Positions 1 through 12,370 of a DNA stretch of 38,559 nucleotides are shown here, piece after piece. A program made the position numbers and the translations under genes. How positions within the stretch are numbered: the first letter of the stretch is position 1; every line of letters starts with the position of its first letter. The notes under the pieces are model-generated. The model was given only the letters and a program-made list of their open reading frames with translations. It was not told the DNA's origin and made no database searches. Origin of the DNA: Corallochytrium limacisporum Hawaii (Eukaryota; Protista; Pluriformea); contig PDIP01000166.1 of NCBI GenBank assembly GCA_002811645.1, positions 1-38,559 on the forward strand, in the 5' to 3' direction.

Positions 1-522
1 CCTCCCCCCCCCCCTTTGCGTACTCAGCATAGGCCTGGGACTTGATAACCAAAGCAGTCAGCCAATAGACATACGGACATTTAAAGACGTGAATTAAGAA
101 TATATAATCATACGGACATGTTTATTTATGGCTTCTTGCAGCGTCGTTGATCCTCGAGGGAGAAGCCTAGTTTTGAAAGTGCCGGGTTCCCTGAGGGGTG
201 TGTTTTGTATTCTTGGACAAATTAGTTGGGGGGTGTGCGCGGCAGGGCCAGTAATGACGGAGGGCTGGCAGGGGCGCTATTTTTACCGCCGCGGCCGGGT
301 TCCCCCACCAACTCATTCGGATCAACAGACCGTCTTCTTCAGCCGCGATGGGAAGTGGCGTGATTATGCTCAGAGAAACCGCAAAATTCACAGCCGCGAC
401 TGCAACCTACGAGAGCCAGTGTATTTTGGGATCACCAGATACATGCTGTTCATACTGGCCGATGAAAATAGCCCTAAGGCACGTGCATGTACCGTTGATC
501 CCAACATCTCTAAAACCTAATC

Positions 523-1371
523 ATGGCCCCTGTGACCCGGTCTGGAGGCGTAACTGCCTCGAAGAAGACGGTCTTCCTGATCCACGGCTTCCCTAATGGA
601 CCCATCTTCTACAAGGAACTGATTACTGAGCTGTCGAAGGAACCGGGCGTAAACTGCGTCGTCCTCGATAGCCGCCACGGCATCGGTGGCTACCGGAACA
701 ATTACAGGCAAATGATCGAGCTATTCGACACCTACGCGGATGTCGAAGGTGAAAAAATCGTGATTGCTCACGATTGGGGAGCAGTCAACATGAACCACAT
801 TCTACGGAGCACCGCGCGCATGATACAGGAGAAGAAGACGGTGCCAAAGCACCTGCGGTTTGACAAGGTCGTGACCATGAGCATTCCTCTCACCCTGGTC
901 GAGCGCAACATTTACTCTGACGGTTTGAAGGCCGGCCTTGCACGGTGCTACCAAGTTATGTATGGGTCACTATATCTTCTGACCTACATTCCATATATCG
1001 GTCGGTTTTTGAGTTACCAAATGATGAGGCGGGTGCCAGATGCCACTGACGGAGAGTACGCTACGGGTTATGAGAGTTACTGGTACGTGAACCGTCTGGG
1101 GATCTTGATGGCCATCGGTGCCTTCATGCCTAAGGGACTCGGTTTAATCACCTGGAGCGCCTTGGATTGCCTGCCCCTGAAACAGGATGGCACGAAATTC
1201 CTGTATTTCCGCGGTGAGCAGGTCGACGCTCTTTTTAATGATGAACGCAGCGACGCAGATATGGGCATGCTAGGCGAAGTGAACGTGATCAAGGGCAATC
1301 ACTGGTTCCTGCGGAACCCGGATCACCTGCAGTTTGTGGCAGGGAGAATCAGGGCGTTCCTACGGGAATGA
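523..1371 (+). CDS. Alpha/beta-fold hydrolase, epoxide hydrolase-like (Asp nucleophile)
   Basis: 282-aa intronless ORF with the HGFP oxyanion motif, AHDWGA nucleophile elbow, a candidate acid in GEQVDALF and catalytic His in GNHW near the C-terminus. The cap region is Tyr-rich and hydrophobic. Confidence 0.85.
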   Translation: MAPVTRSGGVTASKKTVFLIHGFPNGPIFYKELITELSKEPGVNCVVLDSRHGIGGYRNNYRQMIELFDTYADVEGEKIVIAHDWGAVNMNHILRSTARMIQEKKTVPKHLRFDKVVTMSIPLTLVERNIYSDGLKAGLARCYQVMYGSLYLLTYIPYIGRFLSYQMMRRVPDATDGEYATGYESYWYVNRLGILMAIGAFMPKGLGLITWSALDCLPLKQDGTKFLYFRGEQVDALFNDERSDADMGMLGEVNVIKGNHWFLRNPDHLQFVAGRIRAFLRE

Positions 1372-3225
1372 GAACGATGATATTCACACTTGGGAATCCT
1401 GACCTGTAAATCTATCATCTAACTCAAATAGAAGCTCCTACCTGCCTACTGGCCCCGTATGTGAAGGTTCCATTGACTATACAGCCAGAGCTCTTCGTTC
1501 TCAGGTCACCCTTTCCCTAAGCATGCTAATCCAGCGAGTGTTAACCTCAGGGAAGCCCCCGTGCCCCACGATTCACCCCGGCGCACGAAGCCACCATGCT
1601 CCGGCGAGTTTGCAGTGCGGCGAACCCGCTTTCAACTACAGTCCTAACTGGCATGGGCGGCGAATATGCAAGAGTCCCAAACTGCTTATTTTAAAAATAC
1701 AGTATATATATTAATATCATAATACATATATATTTACTTTAGTAAATAAAATTTCCGTATATTAATAACATGGAGCGCCACGGGTCAGAATCTCTCTCCC
1801 TGGGAAACTAAATCAGCCGGTCAGGCGAAAAAATGTGCGTATTACCGATGGCTGAGATAGGCAACTGTAACGTTTGTATAGTAAATGTGTGTAATGTTTA
1901 CCAACAGAGTACGCAAAGGAGGCAATTTCTTCATCTACCTCGTCTTACCGGAGACCCAGTATGGAGCGATGCCTGATGTGCTCAGGTTTCCATAGTGAAA
2001 ACACGGGGAAAACCTAGGGATTGGTCACTCTTGGCGTTGAAAATATTTTCTTCAACCCGTGGAACCAGAGAGAAAAGCCAAAAGGTTTCCTTTTTCTCAT
2101 CACGATTTCTATGAGGCCGACAATTCAGTATTAAATATATGAGTGGCACATCGGACTTGTCCGTCCCAGTCGATCAGGTGTGGGAGCCACGAGACGGCTG
2201 CCGTTGGTTTCGGCCCCCAAGAGGTCGATCCAAGAAGCAATCAGAAGAAAAATTGTGGTTGTTTCAGTATTAAAGACAAATTCTTTCAAGACCAGACCAC
2301 CAACGTCGCCGCTCCATTGATGGGTGCGCGGTGGCTTCTGTGTGTGTGTGTGTATATTTTCTTCTCTCCGGGATTTTCCTTTTTGTCGCCAGGGGCCGTA
2401 ATACCATTAAATTACACCCGCACTTTTTGATATGCAAATTAGCCCCAAAGCACTGAGGGATCCGGTCGTGCCGGCATCGAGAGAGGGGCGGTGAGATCTC
2501 CCTCTCTCCCCCTAGGGCTCCGAGGAACAGAGGTCCTGCAAGCATGCCGGAAGGGAGCAGCTCAACGGTCACTCACTGAGTGTGCGGAGTGGATATTAGC
2601 CTCCGGGGCGATCGCGCACAAGCTCTCTTCTACCAAGGCACGCAATTGCGGCCACTCGTACCGCGGTTATGACACACACCACACTTCCAACGACTTGCCA
2701 TTGATGGAAATCGTTCGAAGGCGGGTGTGGGGTGGGTGGGGGAAGTTTATGACGGAAGCAGGCGAGATCGCCGAGCGTAGTTCGGACGGGCACATCAGGG
2801 ACCTGTCGAATTCCTTGATGCTCCTTGTTTCCAACAGGCTACAGGGAGCCGCAGACAAAGAGTACCATCACTGGGAGAGCAGATGGGAAAAATTGTTATT
2901 GAGTCCGTGCGAAAAGATGGGGGTGATCCTTGAAGGACCCGAAGCTCTACGGGGTATATAAGGTGTGTCCGTCGTCATTAACGAGAAATGTGAACAGGAT
3001 GTGTCAAACACCCAAGGATATACGATACCATTGGCATGTTCCGGGAGCATGCCATTTAGATTGTGACGGATTAATTTCGTTGCTCGGACAGAGAGACAAG
3101 AGTTTTTCCGCATATACACCACAGGATCACGACTGCACAGTTGTGGGCTTCGCTACAGAATATAAACAGATCACAGACTAGCGTGAGGAACCTATAATTC
3201 TGAAAGAAACCCAGAAGAAAGCAAT

Positions 3226-3798
3226 ATGGTAGATGGGACTTGCTCTTGCAGTTGCTGCCCTGCATCAGAACCTTCCTGCCCCGAGGGCAGCGACGATATC
3301 GTGGAACAGAGATTCGATACCACTAGTGACCAGTGCAACCCTAGCGGCTGTGCCTCGGAGTTCCCCAGCGACTGCAGCGAGAGCCAGAACATTTTCACAG
3401 ACTACGACGACAACGTGGGAGGCCTTACCTTCTCACATTTCTGGGAAATCATCCCAATAATTTTTGTTGTCATACTTGTTCTCATGTGCATATGCAGGCG
3501 CCGAAGAATGGTCATACGCCGCAGGGCAAGGCGTTGTCGTCAACAGCGAACTGGCGATATGCAGCAAGCTGAAGCTGGTATCGCCTCTCCAGACATGGCT
3601 CCAGCCAGCGCACCCCCGATGCAACCGAGCCCTGTTGCTGGTTCTTACCCTCCGACCGATGTACCACCTGCCATGTACCCGCCTCCAGGCTACAACGCCG
3701 GTGGCCCCAGCACTGGACCCAGCTTTGATGAGCCGCCGCCGTACTATCCTCCACCGGACTTGCCCGAGCCCCCGCCATCGAAGCACAGCCCGTATTGA
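3226..3798 (+). CDS. Single-pass membrane protein with Cys-rich N-terminus and Pro-rich PPxY tail (Shisa-like/WBP1/VOPP1-type architecture)
   Basis: 190 aa: 8 Cys in the first 50 residues, TM IIPIIFVVILVLM, then CIC and RRRR stop-transfer, then PPGY and PPPY motifs. TATAAA at 3161-3166. Confidence 0.8.
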   Translation: MVDGTCSCSCCPASEPSCPEGSDDIVEQRFDTTSDQCNPSGCASEFPSDCSESQNIFTDYDDNVGGLTFSHFWEIIPIIFVVILVLMCICRRRRMVIRRRARRCRQQRTGDMQQAEAGIASPDMAPASAPPMQPSPVAGSYPPTDVPPAMYPPPGYNAGGPSTGPSFDEPPPYYPPPDLPEPPPSKHSPY

Positions 3799-5139
3799 GG
3801 GCGAGGTTTGCAGCAGAGAGCAACAGGGGACAAGGCAATATCGCCATGATAGCAACATCTTGTAGAGTTTCATATTCACTGTGTCAATAGATCACTAGAA
3901 CACAATATCAATGTGGCATCAACTGTAACAAGATCGTCTTCTGAATTTGCATATGATTGACCGATTGGATCCTGCTTCTGCTCGGTGTAGCGCCATGCTC
4001 ACCCGTCTCTTCCGCCCAAACCACACGTATTACCATATGGCGGATGGCAACAGTTGCGGGCTTTTATTGGCCGGGGAAAAATTGGACTCCCTTTGATCTC
4101 AGTGGTGGATCTTGTATGGGCATCGTTCCAGTTCTTTCGGATCCCCTGACATGGTAGTAGTTTCATGTTATCACTGACGCTGCGGAGGATGCCACAGGCC
4201 ATGCGCAATTCTGTTCCAGTCCCAATACCTCCACTCCCTACTGTACAACAATGACAACAGAGCAAGTTCTATATGAACGGGGCGTATTGCGCCAACGCCT
4301 TCATACTTAGCCGTTTATCGTCGTGGCTTTCTATGGCAATCGCTGTGTTCGTTCTTGGTGAAGACTTACCATGTCCTGTGCTTTTCATCATCATCCATTC
4401 ACCTTTTCCGCTGTCATCCATCCAATCCCATCCTTCATCCAACAGATCCGACCTTTGGGCAACGAGGGGCGCCCAGACTGCGCACACGGGGGATCGGGAC
4501 GCACGCGAGAAAAGCCATGGGTATACCAAAACTAAGCAAAAAAGTGAGACCTAGCATGCTCATATTTGCGGAATACTGCTGATGCTTGTCACCGTTACTC
4601 GCTTCTGCGCCTCCCAGGCCCTTGAGCTTTTTGGTCTCCTGATGCTTCGTCCGCTTCCCAAGCACACCCCCCCCTTCCCCGGGCGGGGCGCCAATCTTTC
4701 TTCCCGCCGCCCTCCTTCGCCAGCCCCCACCCAGTAAAAAGTCACCTGTGCTGCCCGAAAAGATCGCTGCTGCCACATTGAATGAACTGCCTACGGGACC
4801 TAAAAAAGTACACGACGGACTGCGTACGTTCCTTCTTGTGCTCGGTATCGGCGTTCTGCAAACCTTCTGTCTGGGGATCGCTTTGTTCTGCTGTGTCTGG
4901 TTTTAGTTGATGATGCAGGTGATAAAATTTATGGCCTGAGCCGTAGGTTTAGTACGCCTTCGCAGCGGGCACCGGCACGGGACCTAACGCATGACAGTGA
5001 TGGAAGCCCCCTGCGGGGGATCATGCATTGCTTTAAGGAAGGCCTGTGGTCACTTGATGGGTATATTAGAGGACTGGTATATTAGGTGATGCCTCCTATC
5101 GGTGGTTGCTGTGCAATCTGGACCGAGGTCCCAGTGTCA

Positions 5140-6110
5140 CTTGACCCCCCCCCCCTCCCGCAAACCCTCTCACGCGTGTGTACCCCAACCTGGAATTCTT
5201 GAATAGCGAAAGTACAGGTTTTTTGGGTCCTGGCCAGCAAAAAATGTGTGACCCCAAGACTTTCTTCGGTGGTAGTCGGTTTGTTGTTTTGCAGTTTCTT
5301 GCAATTTTGGACATCGCTTCGCCGTTGACCCCCCCTCCCTCCCGGGGGTTGGGGGGGGTTTTTGTTCCCCCGTGAATGAACGAACTGGAACTTTGTCCGC
5401 GCTGCTGAAAGTTGATCTAAAGCTAAATAAAATAAAAATACCAACGTATGAAGGAAAGAGGAAGGGAAGCAGTGTGTCTTAGGGGGTCAGCTGTCACCTG
5501 CGGGCCGTCGGTCGGCGGGGAATGAAGGAAGGAAAGGAATTCCGTCGCGGAAGCCCAAAAAAAAAATAAAGAGGCCCCCTTCTGCCCCGGCCAAAAAGCA
5601 AAAAGGCAAGAGAGAAGAAGCAAAAGAGAAGGGAGAGGGCGTCGAAGGGGAGGGGGGGGGAGAGAGAAGAGATCGGAGGGACATTCACCAAACGAAGGGG
5701 CGCGGAGGAAAGAGTTCGGCATCAACCGAGATGTCCGGGCGCCATACTCCCAACAGGGAATTCCGGGCAAAAAACAAAAAGAAAAGTAAAAAAAAAGGGA
5801 CCCCAACCCCAAACAAAAACCTCACCGGCACTTTTCCTCTTCCCTCGCCTCCCTCTCTTCCCTTTCGTTTTGCCTGCCTTCCCCTTTCTACTTTTTTAAG
5901 TGTTTGCCGCGTCAACCGTGTCCCCGGTTGAATACCCGCCAGTTTCTCTATAACTTTTCCCTTGCGATTTTCTCTCCAACGCCGCGATCAAACTTTTTCC
6001 AACGGGCACGCCCGGGGAAGTATGCAAGAACGAAATTAAAAAAATTACGGCCCAGGGAAAAAAAGTAAATAAGGGACGGGGTAAAGATGTGGTGGTTTTT
6101 CTCTTGTCGT
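5140..6110. repeat. Homopolymer-rich low-complexity island
   Basis: Dense A, C, G and T runs with alternating purine/pyrimidine blocks and no credible ORF. Confidence 0.7.
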
Positions 6111-9100
6111 TCTACTCGAGAAGAACGAAGGGCAAGAAAATCTTTACGGAGATCTGAGCGATAGTGGTACAAGTGCCCGTAGGTACGGCCAACCGGGGCC
6201 CCGAAAGAGACGCAATCGTTCTTCCCTCGGGACGGAGGACAGTAGGTTTAGTATTTGACATCACCGCTATGGCTGGGTGGGGAGGGGTTCACCCGTCAAT
6301 GTTACCGCCGCTGTTTGTTTTGGTTACCCGGATGGTGTTCCCGCGTCCATTGGTGCGGTGTACCCGGCGTTTGTTCCACAAATCGAGGTGCTGAGTCCGC
6401 TTTCAAAATAAACTGAGGAGACAGAATAGCATTCGCACTGTCAGTTCCTGGTGGTCTATAAGGACAGGACCCTTCCTCGGAGAATGCCGGGGCTGTGACA
6501 ACTTGGTAGGCGGCATCGACCCTGTTTTCACTCGGCTCATTCATTGGTAACCCAAGTGTGGGTTTCGCAAAACTCTTGCAATTCTCTCAGCAATTTGGTG
6601 TACGATAATCGTTGGAATCGACTGGGCAACGTTACTTAAACTACCCGCAGATGGACTTGCGAGTGCCTCGCGAGGAGACGGACCTGTTACTCAGGTTCGG
6701 TCCGCATTCCCTCAGAATTTCCGTGACGGGTGGTTCAGTGAGACAGTGACAAGTTGCTGTATAAGTCGGAGCAGCCACAGACTTTCTCAGGTTTGGACGA
6801 TGGCCCCGGTATGCCTAGTTGCTGGAACTACTGGTGTGAAATGAAGGACATTTGCCGCATTTCAACTAAAACTTACTTCGATGGAGGGACAGATATTCCT
6901 TCGGGACGCCAAAAAAACCTTTACCACCGTCAGCACCCAATTTCACTGAAAATCTCCGGTGAAATGAGTCCACAATCCCGACCATTCGGACACAAAATCG
7001 CAGGGAACTAAGACTAGTGACATATTGATAGGTACATTCTCGTCCTTTGATGTGCGCAGAAACCGTAGCATGGCCGTACTTCTCGTCACTGAGCCACTTG
7101 ACTCCCATCCGACTCCCTTGCCACACACTCTCACTCGCCCACCACCCTCCGCCGACTCCGTGTGGTCGGCCACTCCCGTGTCTCACTCAGACATATACCT
7201 CCCGGAGTCTGTCCGTTACTTTCTCACACACATAGTCACTTAACAGTCGCTTGGTCGTCTTGTCCGTCGCTCTACCTCTCGGTCGGTTTTCTCTGTGTGT
7301 CTCACTCTCTAACCCTCTCTCTCAGTGTTTCTTGCTGTGGGAGCCGAAATCGTCACCGGCGGTTTGGACATCGGGGGTTCCAAGTACCCGCCTTTCTCTG
7401 TCTCAATATCCAAAGCCCAGTCTTTGTCTCTCCGCCTTCGTCATCCACTCCTATCTCATCTACATTAAGCTCATCGAGAACGGCATGGAATGCATGGATG
7501 TGGTTAGGATAGCATGGATGCCTGCGCTGATGGATGGCATTCCATTCCCCTTGTCCTAGTTTGGCAAACCAACCGCGAAGAGCTGAGGTCAGCTGTCCGA
7601 GATGGGAGAGGAAGCGACGAGCCGCACAGGAAGAGATCGTCGGCTGTTGTTGCCGTTGGTTGCCAAAGACTGCGATTGTCAGGGTCGCAGACTGCCTTCG
7701 ACCGTCGGTTGGTGCCAGCCTCAGCAGACACTTTTTGTCTCCGTGTAATAGGGCTTTCGTGACGGGAGGGTGGAACAGATTGTTGCTCGCGCATCCTTTT
7801 TAGAACATCTTGTTGCAACTGTCTACGTGTACTACGTGGCCATTACTCACCTCGCAATAGAAATGTACCCGTAACACATCACTCTGACCCACTTTTGCTT
7901 GGGCGTTTCACACACTGCAACAAACTGCTGAAACTGTCGGCGGAGGGTATGCAGTTCATGCAGTACTGCGACCATGCTCCCCCGTTCGAATTGCAGTGGG
8001 TCACCGGGTGAGGTGGTTCGCAGACTGTGGGCTCTGGTGACTGAGACGGACCGATCCGGTGGCGTCAGGTGATCGCCTCTTGAATCTCTCGCTTGTCTTC
8101 TTCCTAGAGTGCTCCCCAGCCGGACCGCCTGTCCAAAAAACGCACCAACAATGAGAGATAGAGGGGTTAGATACCATATATTAAGTATTAAGAACAGTCT
8201 GCTGATAGTCCACCTAAAGTGATGACCCCTATTGCAATCTACAGGCTTGGGGAATCCCGCTTACAGAAGACGGGGTGAGGGTAGGACTGAGAGATCGATG
8301 AATAATTTTTTCTCTCCGTTCTGGATCCGTTGTGCGGTCCCCCCTCCCTCCCTCACCGCCTTCCCCAAGACTAAGTTAGTTCTATCTTTGGGGTGCCACC
8401 GCGATAGAAAAACTTGAGCTAACTGGTCCCCCCCGCCAACTTTCTTCTCTCAAGAGTGGGACGTCGCGGACTGCTTTCAGCACTGAGTTGTAGTTGGCTG
8501 GCGTTGTGGGTAAGCTGCGAAGGCGAGGAAGGCGAGGGGGGGGGNNNNNNNNNNNNNNNNNNNNNNNNNNNNNNNNNNNNNNNNNNNNNNNNNNNNNNNN
8601 NNNNNNNNNNNNNNNNNNNNNNNNNNNNNNNNNNNNNNNNNNNNNNNNNNNNNNNNNNNNNNNNNNNNNNNNNNNNNNNNNNNNNNNNNNNNNNNNNNNN
8701 NNNNNNNNNNNNNNNNNNNNNNNNNNNNNNNNNNNNNNNNNNNNNNNNNNNNNNNNNNNNNNNNNNNNNNNNNNNNNNNNNNNTGGGTGGGCGATGCTGA
8801 CTCTCACACGGGGCGCACCCCTCTGCCGCACTCTCCCCGTTTAAATTTAGTCCGTGAGGGGTAGTAGTGAGAACGCGTAGAGACGCTGTGTGCATTAAAC
8901 CCCGATGTCGGCACACCTCCATCGATCTTTTTACATTCACTCGGTACCGGTGAGCTGGAAAGCTCTGGGGGGCAAAGGTGAATTAAGCTGTATGTGGCAG
9001 TCTCACACTTTCACGTTTTGACTTGTATCATATGCATGTGATTTATGGTCATCCGGAAGTGTGTGTGTGAGCATTTGCTATGGCATGTTCATTGCATGCC

Positions 9101-11523
9101 TGCTGTGACTTTCGATTTTGAGCGTCTGGTGTGGGGCGGGACCAAGCCGTTTACGCGGCAATTGTCCCACACGTGAAGAAAAATCAGCCTTCTCCAGCCA
9201 TATATATTCTGCTCGACCTGGTCGGTCCTTGGTTTTCATTTAGTTTCTTGGCTGCCAAGAGTGACTGTCCGGGACTGCATAGGTCCAATACGGCCATATG
9301 TTGGGACCTAGGGCGCATTGCATAATTTTTTTTCCCTGCCCAGACATACCTGCCACCGGCAGCTTCCGCTGCTGGGGCCTATGCTGGATTAGATCCGGTT
9401 CGTGAGCTGGACAGCCACAGTATTACTTTGTGCGTACTGCAAAACTAATCTGGTGGTAATACAGCTGATAACTATATTTCCAGAAGCACATGGTCACTTT
9501 GTCAAGCATCCGCCGCTTCGGATCGGTGATGTTAGATCCGCTTAGTGAAATGAACATGCTGCTTTATATCTTTTTGTTTCAAGAGTAGGTGCATGATAAA
9601 ACTATCTCACTGACAAGGGGTAAGGTTTCCTGCAGGGTCCCACAGAGAGAGCGTGTTTCACTGCCCCACCAAAAGAGTCCCCAAAGTTTTCCGGAAGCCA
9701 CAGACAAAGACACCCGCAGTTCTCGAACGATGAAATAGCGGCCGCTGCACTATAGGCCAAATTCTTGGTTGTTCTGGCCATTCGGGGTCTTCAAAGGTTC
9801 CTGTGCAGGTGTATCTCTGTATGGCCCCTTTCTGCTACTCGCGTGCCTCTCTGGAGTGAAGCTGAGGTTTTCTGTCCCCTCATCCACTCCCAGGGGCTTT
9901 TTCTTTTTCGTGGTTTTCATCGCTTCTCCCTCGCGCATATAATTTTCCCTTTCAAGACTAGAAAATTATCCGCGGAGTCAAGTCCCGGAGACGACGTGTG
10001 TGTGTGTGTGTGTATGTCCGCCGTACTCTCGGGAAGGCTCGGCACTCCTGCCTATCGTAACCCCCCCCCCCCAATGGCTGCCAAATCCAGGCAGTTGTAC
10101 CTGTAAATAATGTATGGCTTCCGCGCTCCCTAGCCACCGCTTCAATCACCAGCAAAAAATGTTCGTTTTGGAAGAAATCAGAACAACTGAGAGAAAAAAA
10201 ATTCTACCCTTCTCTCCATCCGCGGTCTCATTGCAGGCTCAATTACGCCGTAGAGTCGACCACTACATTCATTCACTAGCAGATAAAAGAATTTTTCATA
10301 TTCGTCCCCACCAACTTTCCGTTTTGGCCCTGACTGCTGCTCGACTGGGCAGGAGAAGGCAGTTCGTTGTTGAGTCCAATGCCTACTCTACTGGGCTCCA
10401 CCTGGTTTGAAAATGGCAGTTCCAAGAGTTCAAATTCCTTAGAGGCAAGACAACCATGTTCAACATAGAATCATCGTACGCCAAGTGTAGTATGCTCTGT
10501 CATATGGGTCCCATTGGTACTGGGTAACTCTTCTATATTGGGATTTGGGCCTGCTGAGTTTGGTAAGGCAGGTGAGTTTGTATGTATACACAGGCGCTTC
10601 CGGCGAGCTCTGCCTGAGTTCGCGTATGCTTAGGTGCTCAGGCTTCAATACACCCACCCACACAGCAATAACCCCCCAAGACTCGGGCGAGAGACCAGTG
10701 GCGGCCATACCTCGTGTGCTGTTGTGGTGAGCCAGTTAATGCAATATGGGTGAAGTGGACGTACTGAGAGAAGGGGTTGCGAGCACTCCGAAAGTTTGGT
10801 TGTGAATACTGTCCCGGGTAGACCGGGAAACTGAACACAGGGTTAAAGTTTGGTTATCGCTCGGTCATAGATTCATAGCAATAATGAAGGAGGCTTGGAC
10901 AAGAAAGACACACCCCTCAAGCATCCTGTACACTCACTAGTAGCGGATTCTGGTGAACAGGGTGACCCCTCTCTTCGAAAACCCTGGCCGGGGGAGGGGG
11001 TTATTGGAGTGGATCCCCCGGCAAACAAGCCCTTTCAAAATGAAGGAAAAAAAAGGGCAATCAACCACCGAAGTTCTAATTTCGAGTGAAGGCAGACTGT
11101 TTGTTATTTTTTGTCAACACCTTTGTGCGGGTTTGGTCCGAATGGTGTGTAAAGGACGACCGCGGTTGATTAGTTCGTCCACCGGTGGGCATACCTGCGG
11201 TTCGTTTACCGGAACAGCGGGGGTCAGGGTGGGTAGGTTGTTGCTGCTTTGGTAGGGGGGTGGTACGGGTCGTACGGGTGGTACGGGAGTACTGCGAGTT
11301 TATGTGTGTATTTCTGTTTGGCTTACGATTGTTGTTTGGCAATGATTCTCTTCCGGGAATGAAGGCCTACACTGGCTGCTCACTTTCTGGCTTAGGAAGG
11401 GGCCAACGATGATTTGGTCTTCCGGTTCAGTTGAACGGTCCCTTGATAAATGTGAGTGCTAGAGCTGGGGCTCGGGGGCCAGTACTTAGACACAGTACAC
11501 TAAGGATGGGAACCCGCGATGAG

Positions 11524-11593
11524 AGGGGCAGGGGCACGGGAGGGGGAGGGAAAGGGGGGGGGAAGGGAAAAGGGGGAAAGAGGGGGGGTTGGG
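11524..11593 (+). repeat. G-run tract with G-quadruplex potential
   Basis: At least nine runs of 3 or more G separated by short spacers. Confidence 0.6.
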
Positions 11594-11727
11594 ACATGCA
11601 TTGCACAAGGGAGGGTCTTAAGAGATAGGAGCCATAACGAGCACAGATGAACTACAGAGCGACGGACAGATAGGAAGTTCAATGGGGTTTACATTCGTTC
11701 CAAGTAAACACCAGGGCATCACAGTGG

Positions 11728-11733
11728 TATAAA
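11728..11733 (+). promoter_or_regulatory. Candidate TATA box of the 11889 gene
   Basis: TATAAA about 155 nt upstream of the ATG, downstream of a G-run tract. Confidence 0.35.
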
Positions 11734-11888
11734 TTGGAGCACAGATCTTGGAGATGCGGAATTTCCAGTGAGTTCTAATGTATGTGAATGATCACAGTCT
11801 GCGAACAATAAGCCTATTTGAAAACCGACATTTTGCCGTGTGCCGAGATTAGAACATCTTAAACAGACAAACACAAACCTACACAAAA

Positions 11889-12269
11889 ATGGTCTTTGGA
11901 TTCTTTGGACTTGCTCCCTGCCGCTCTGGCAGCAAGGGCTTCTGTGGCCGCAAGCGCCACAACAGCACCTCCAGCCACTCCAGCGAGGTCAGTTCCTCCA
12001 GCAGAACCAGCAACAAGTCTGGCATTGCCGATCTCTTCAAGAAGAAATCGAACACCAAGTCCCACGGACACGGACACTGCTGCCACGGACGGCGCTGCAG
12101 CGCCCGGCACTCCAAGCGCCGCGTCAACGCAGCCGCTTGGATCGCCGCCAACGAGCCTCTCGATGGAGGTGACAATGATGGCCTCCCTATGCCTATGCGT
12201 GCCCCTCCCGCATACAGCGTGGTTGATCCCATGCCTGTGACCACCGCACCACCTCAGTACGTTGTCTAA
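11889..12269 (+). CDS. Small basic Ser/His/Cys-rich orphan protein with two C-terminal PPxY motifs
   Basis: 126 aa ending ...APPAYSVVDPMPVTTAPPQYVV. A/C-rich leader (aaacacaaacctacacaaaaATG), TATAAA at 11728, and a CAT repeat just downstream in the likely 3' UTR. This frame is preferred over the overlapping ORFs because of the first ATG and the PY motifs. Confidence 0.65.
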   Translation: MVFGFFGLAPCRSGSKGFCGRKRHNSTSSHSSEVSSSSRTSNKSGIADLFKKKSNTKSHGHGHCCHGRRCSARHSKRRVNAAAWIAANEPLDGGDNDGLPMPMRAPPAYSVVDPMPVTTAPPQYVV

Positions 12270-12335
12270 AATCACCAGAGCATCGTACAGTTTGTAACAT
12301 CCATCATCATTCTTCATCAACATATTCTTTGAACA

Positions 12336-12337
<2 letters not shown>

Positions 12338-12370
<33 letters not shown>
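12338..12370 (+). repeat. (CAT)11 microsatellite
   Basis: Read directly from the sequence. Confidence 0.95.

Noticed and set aside
1688-1770. AT-rich patch with an 8-bp hairpin (TATTTACT-TT-AGTAAATA)
   Set aside because: Short stems are expected by chance in such AT-rich sequence.
2491-2961. 156-aa ORF
   Set aside because: GTG start and no motifs or coding-like codon bias that I can see.
11262-11292. GTACGGG repeated three times
   Set aside because: A short minisatellite with no spacers or cas genes, so not CRISPR.
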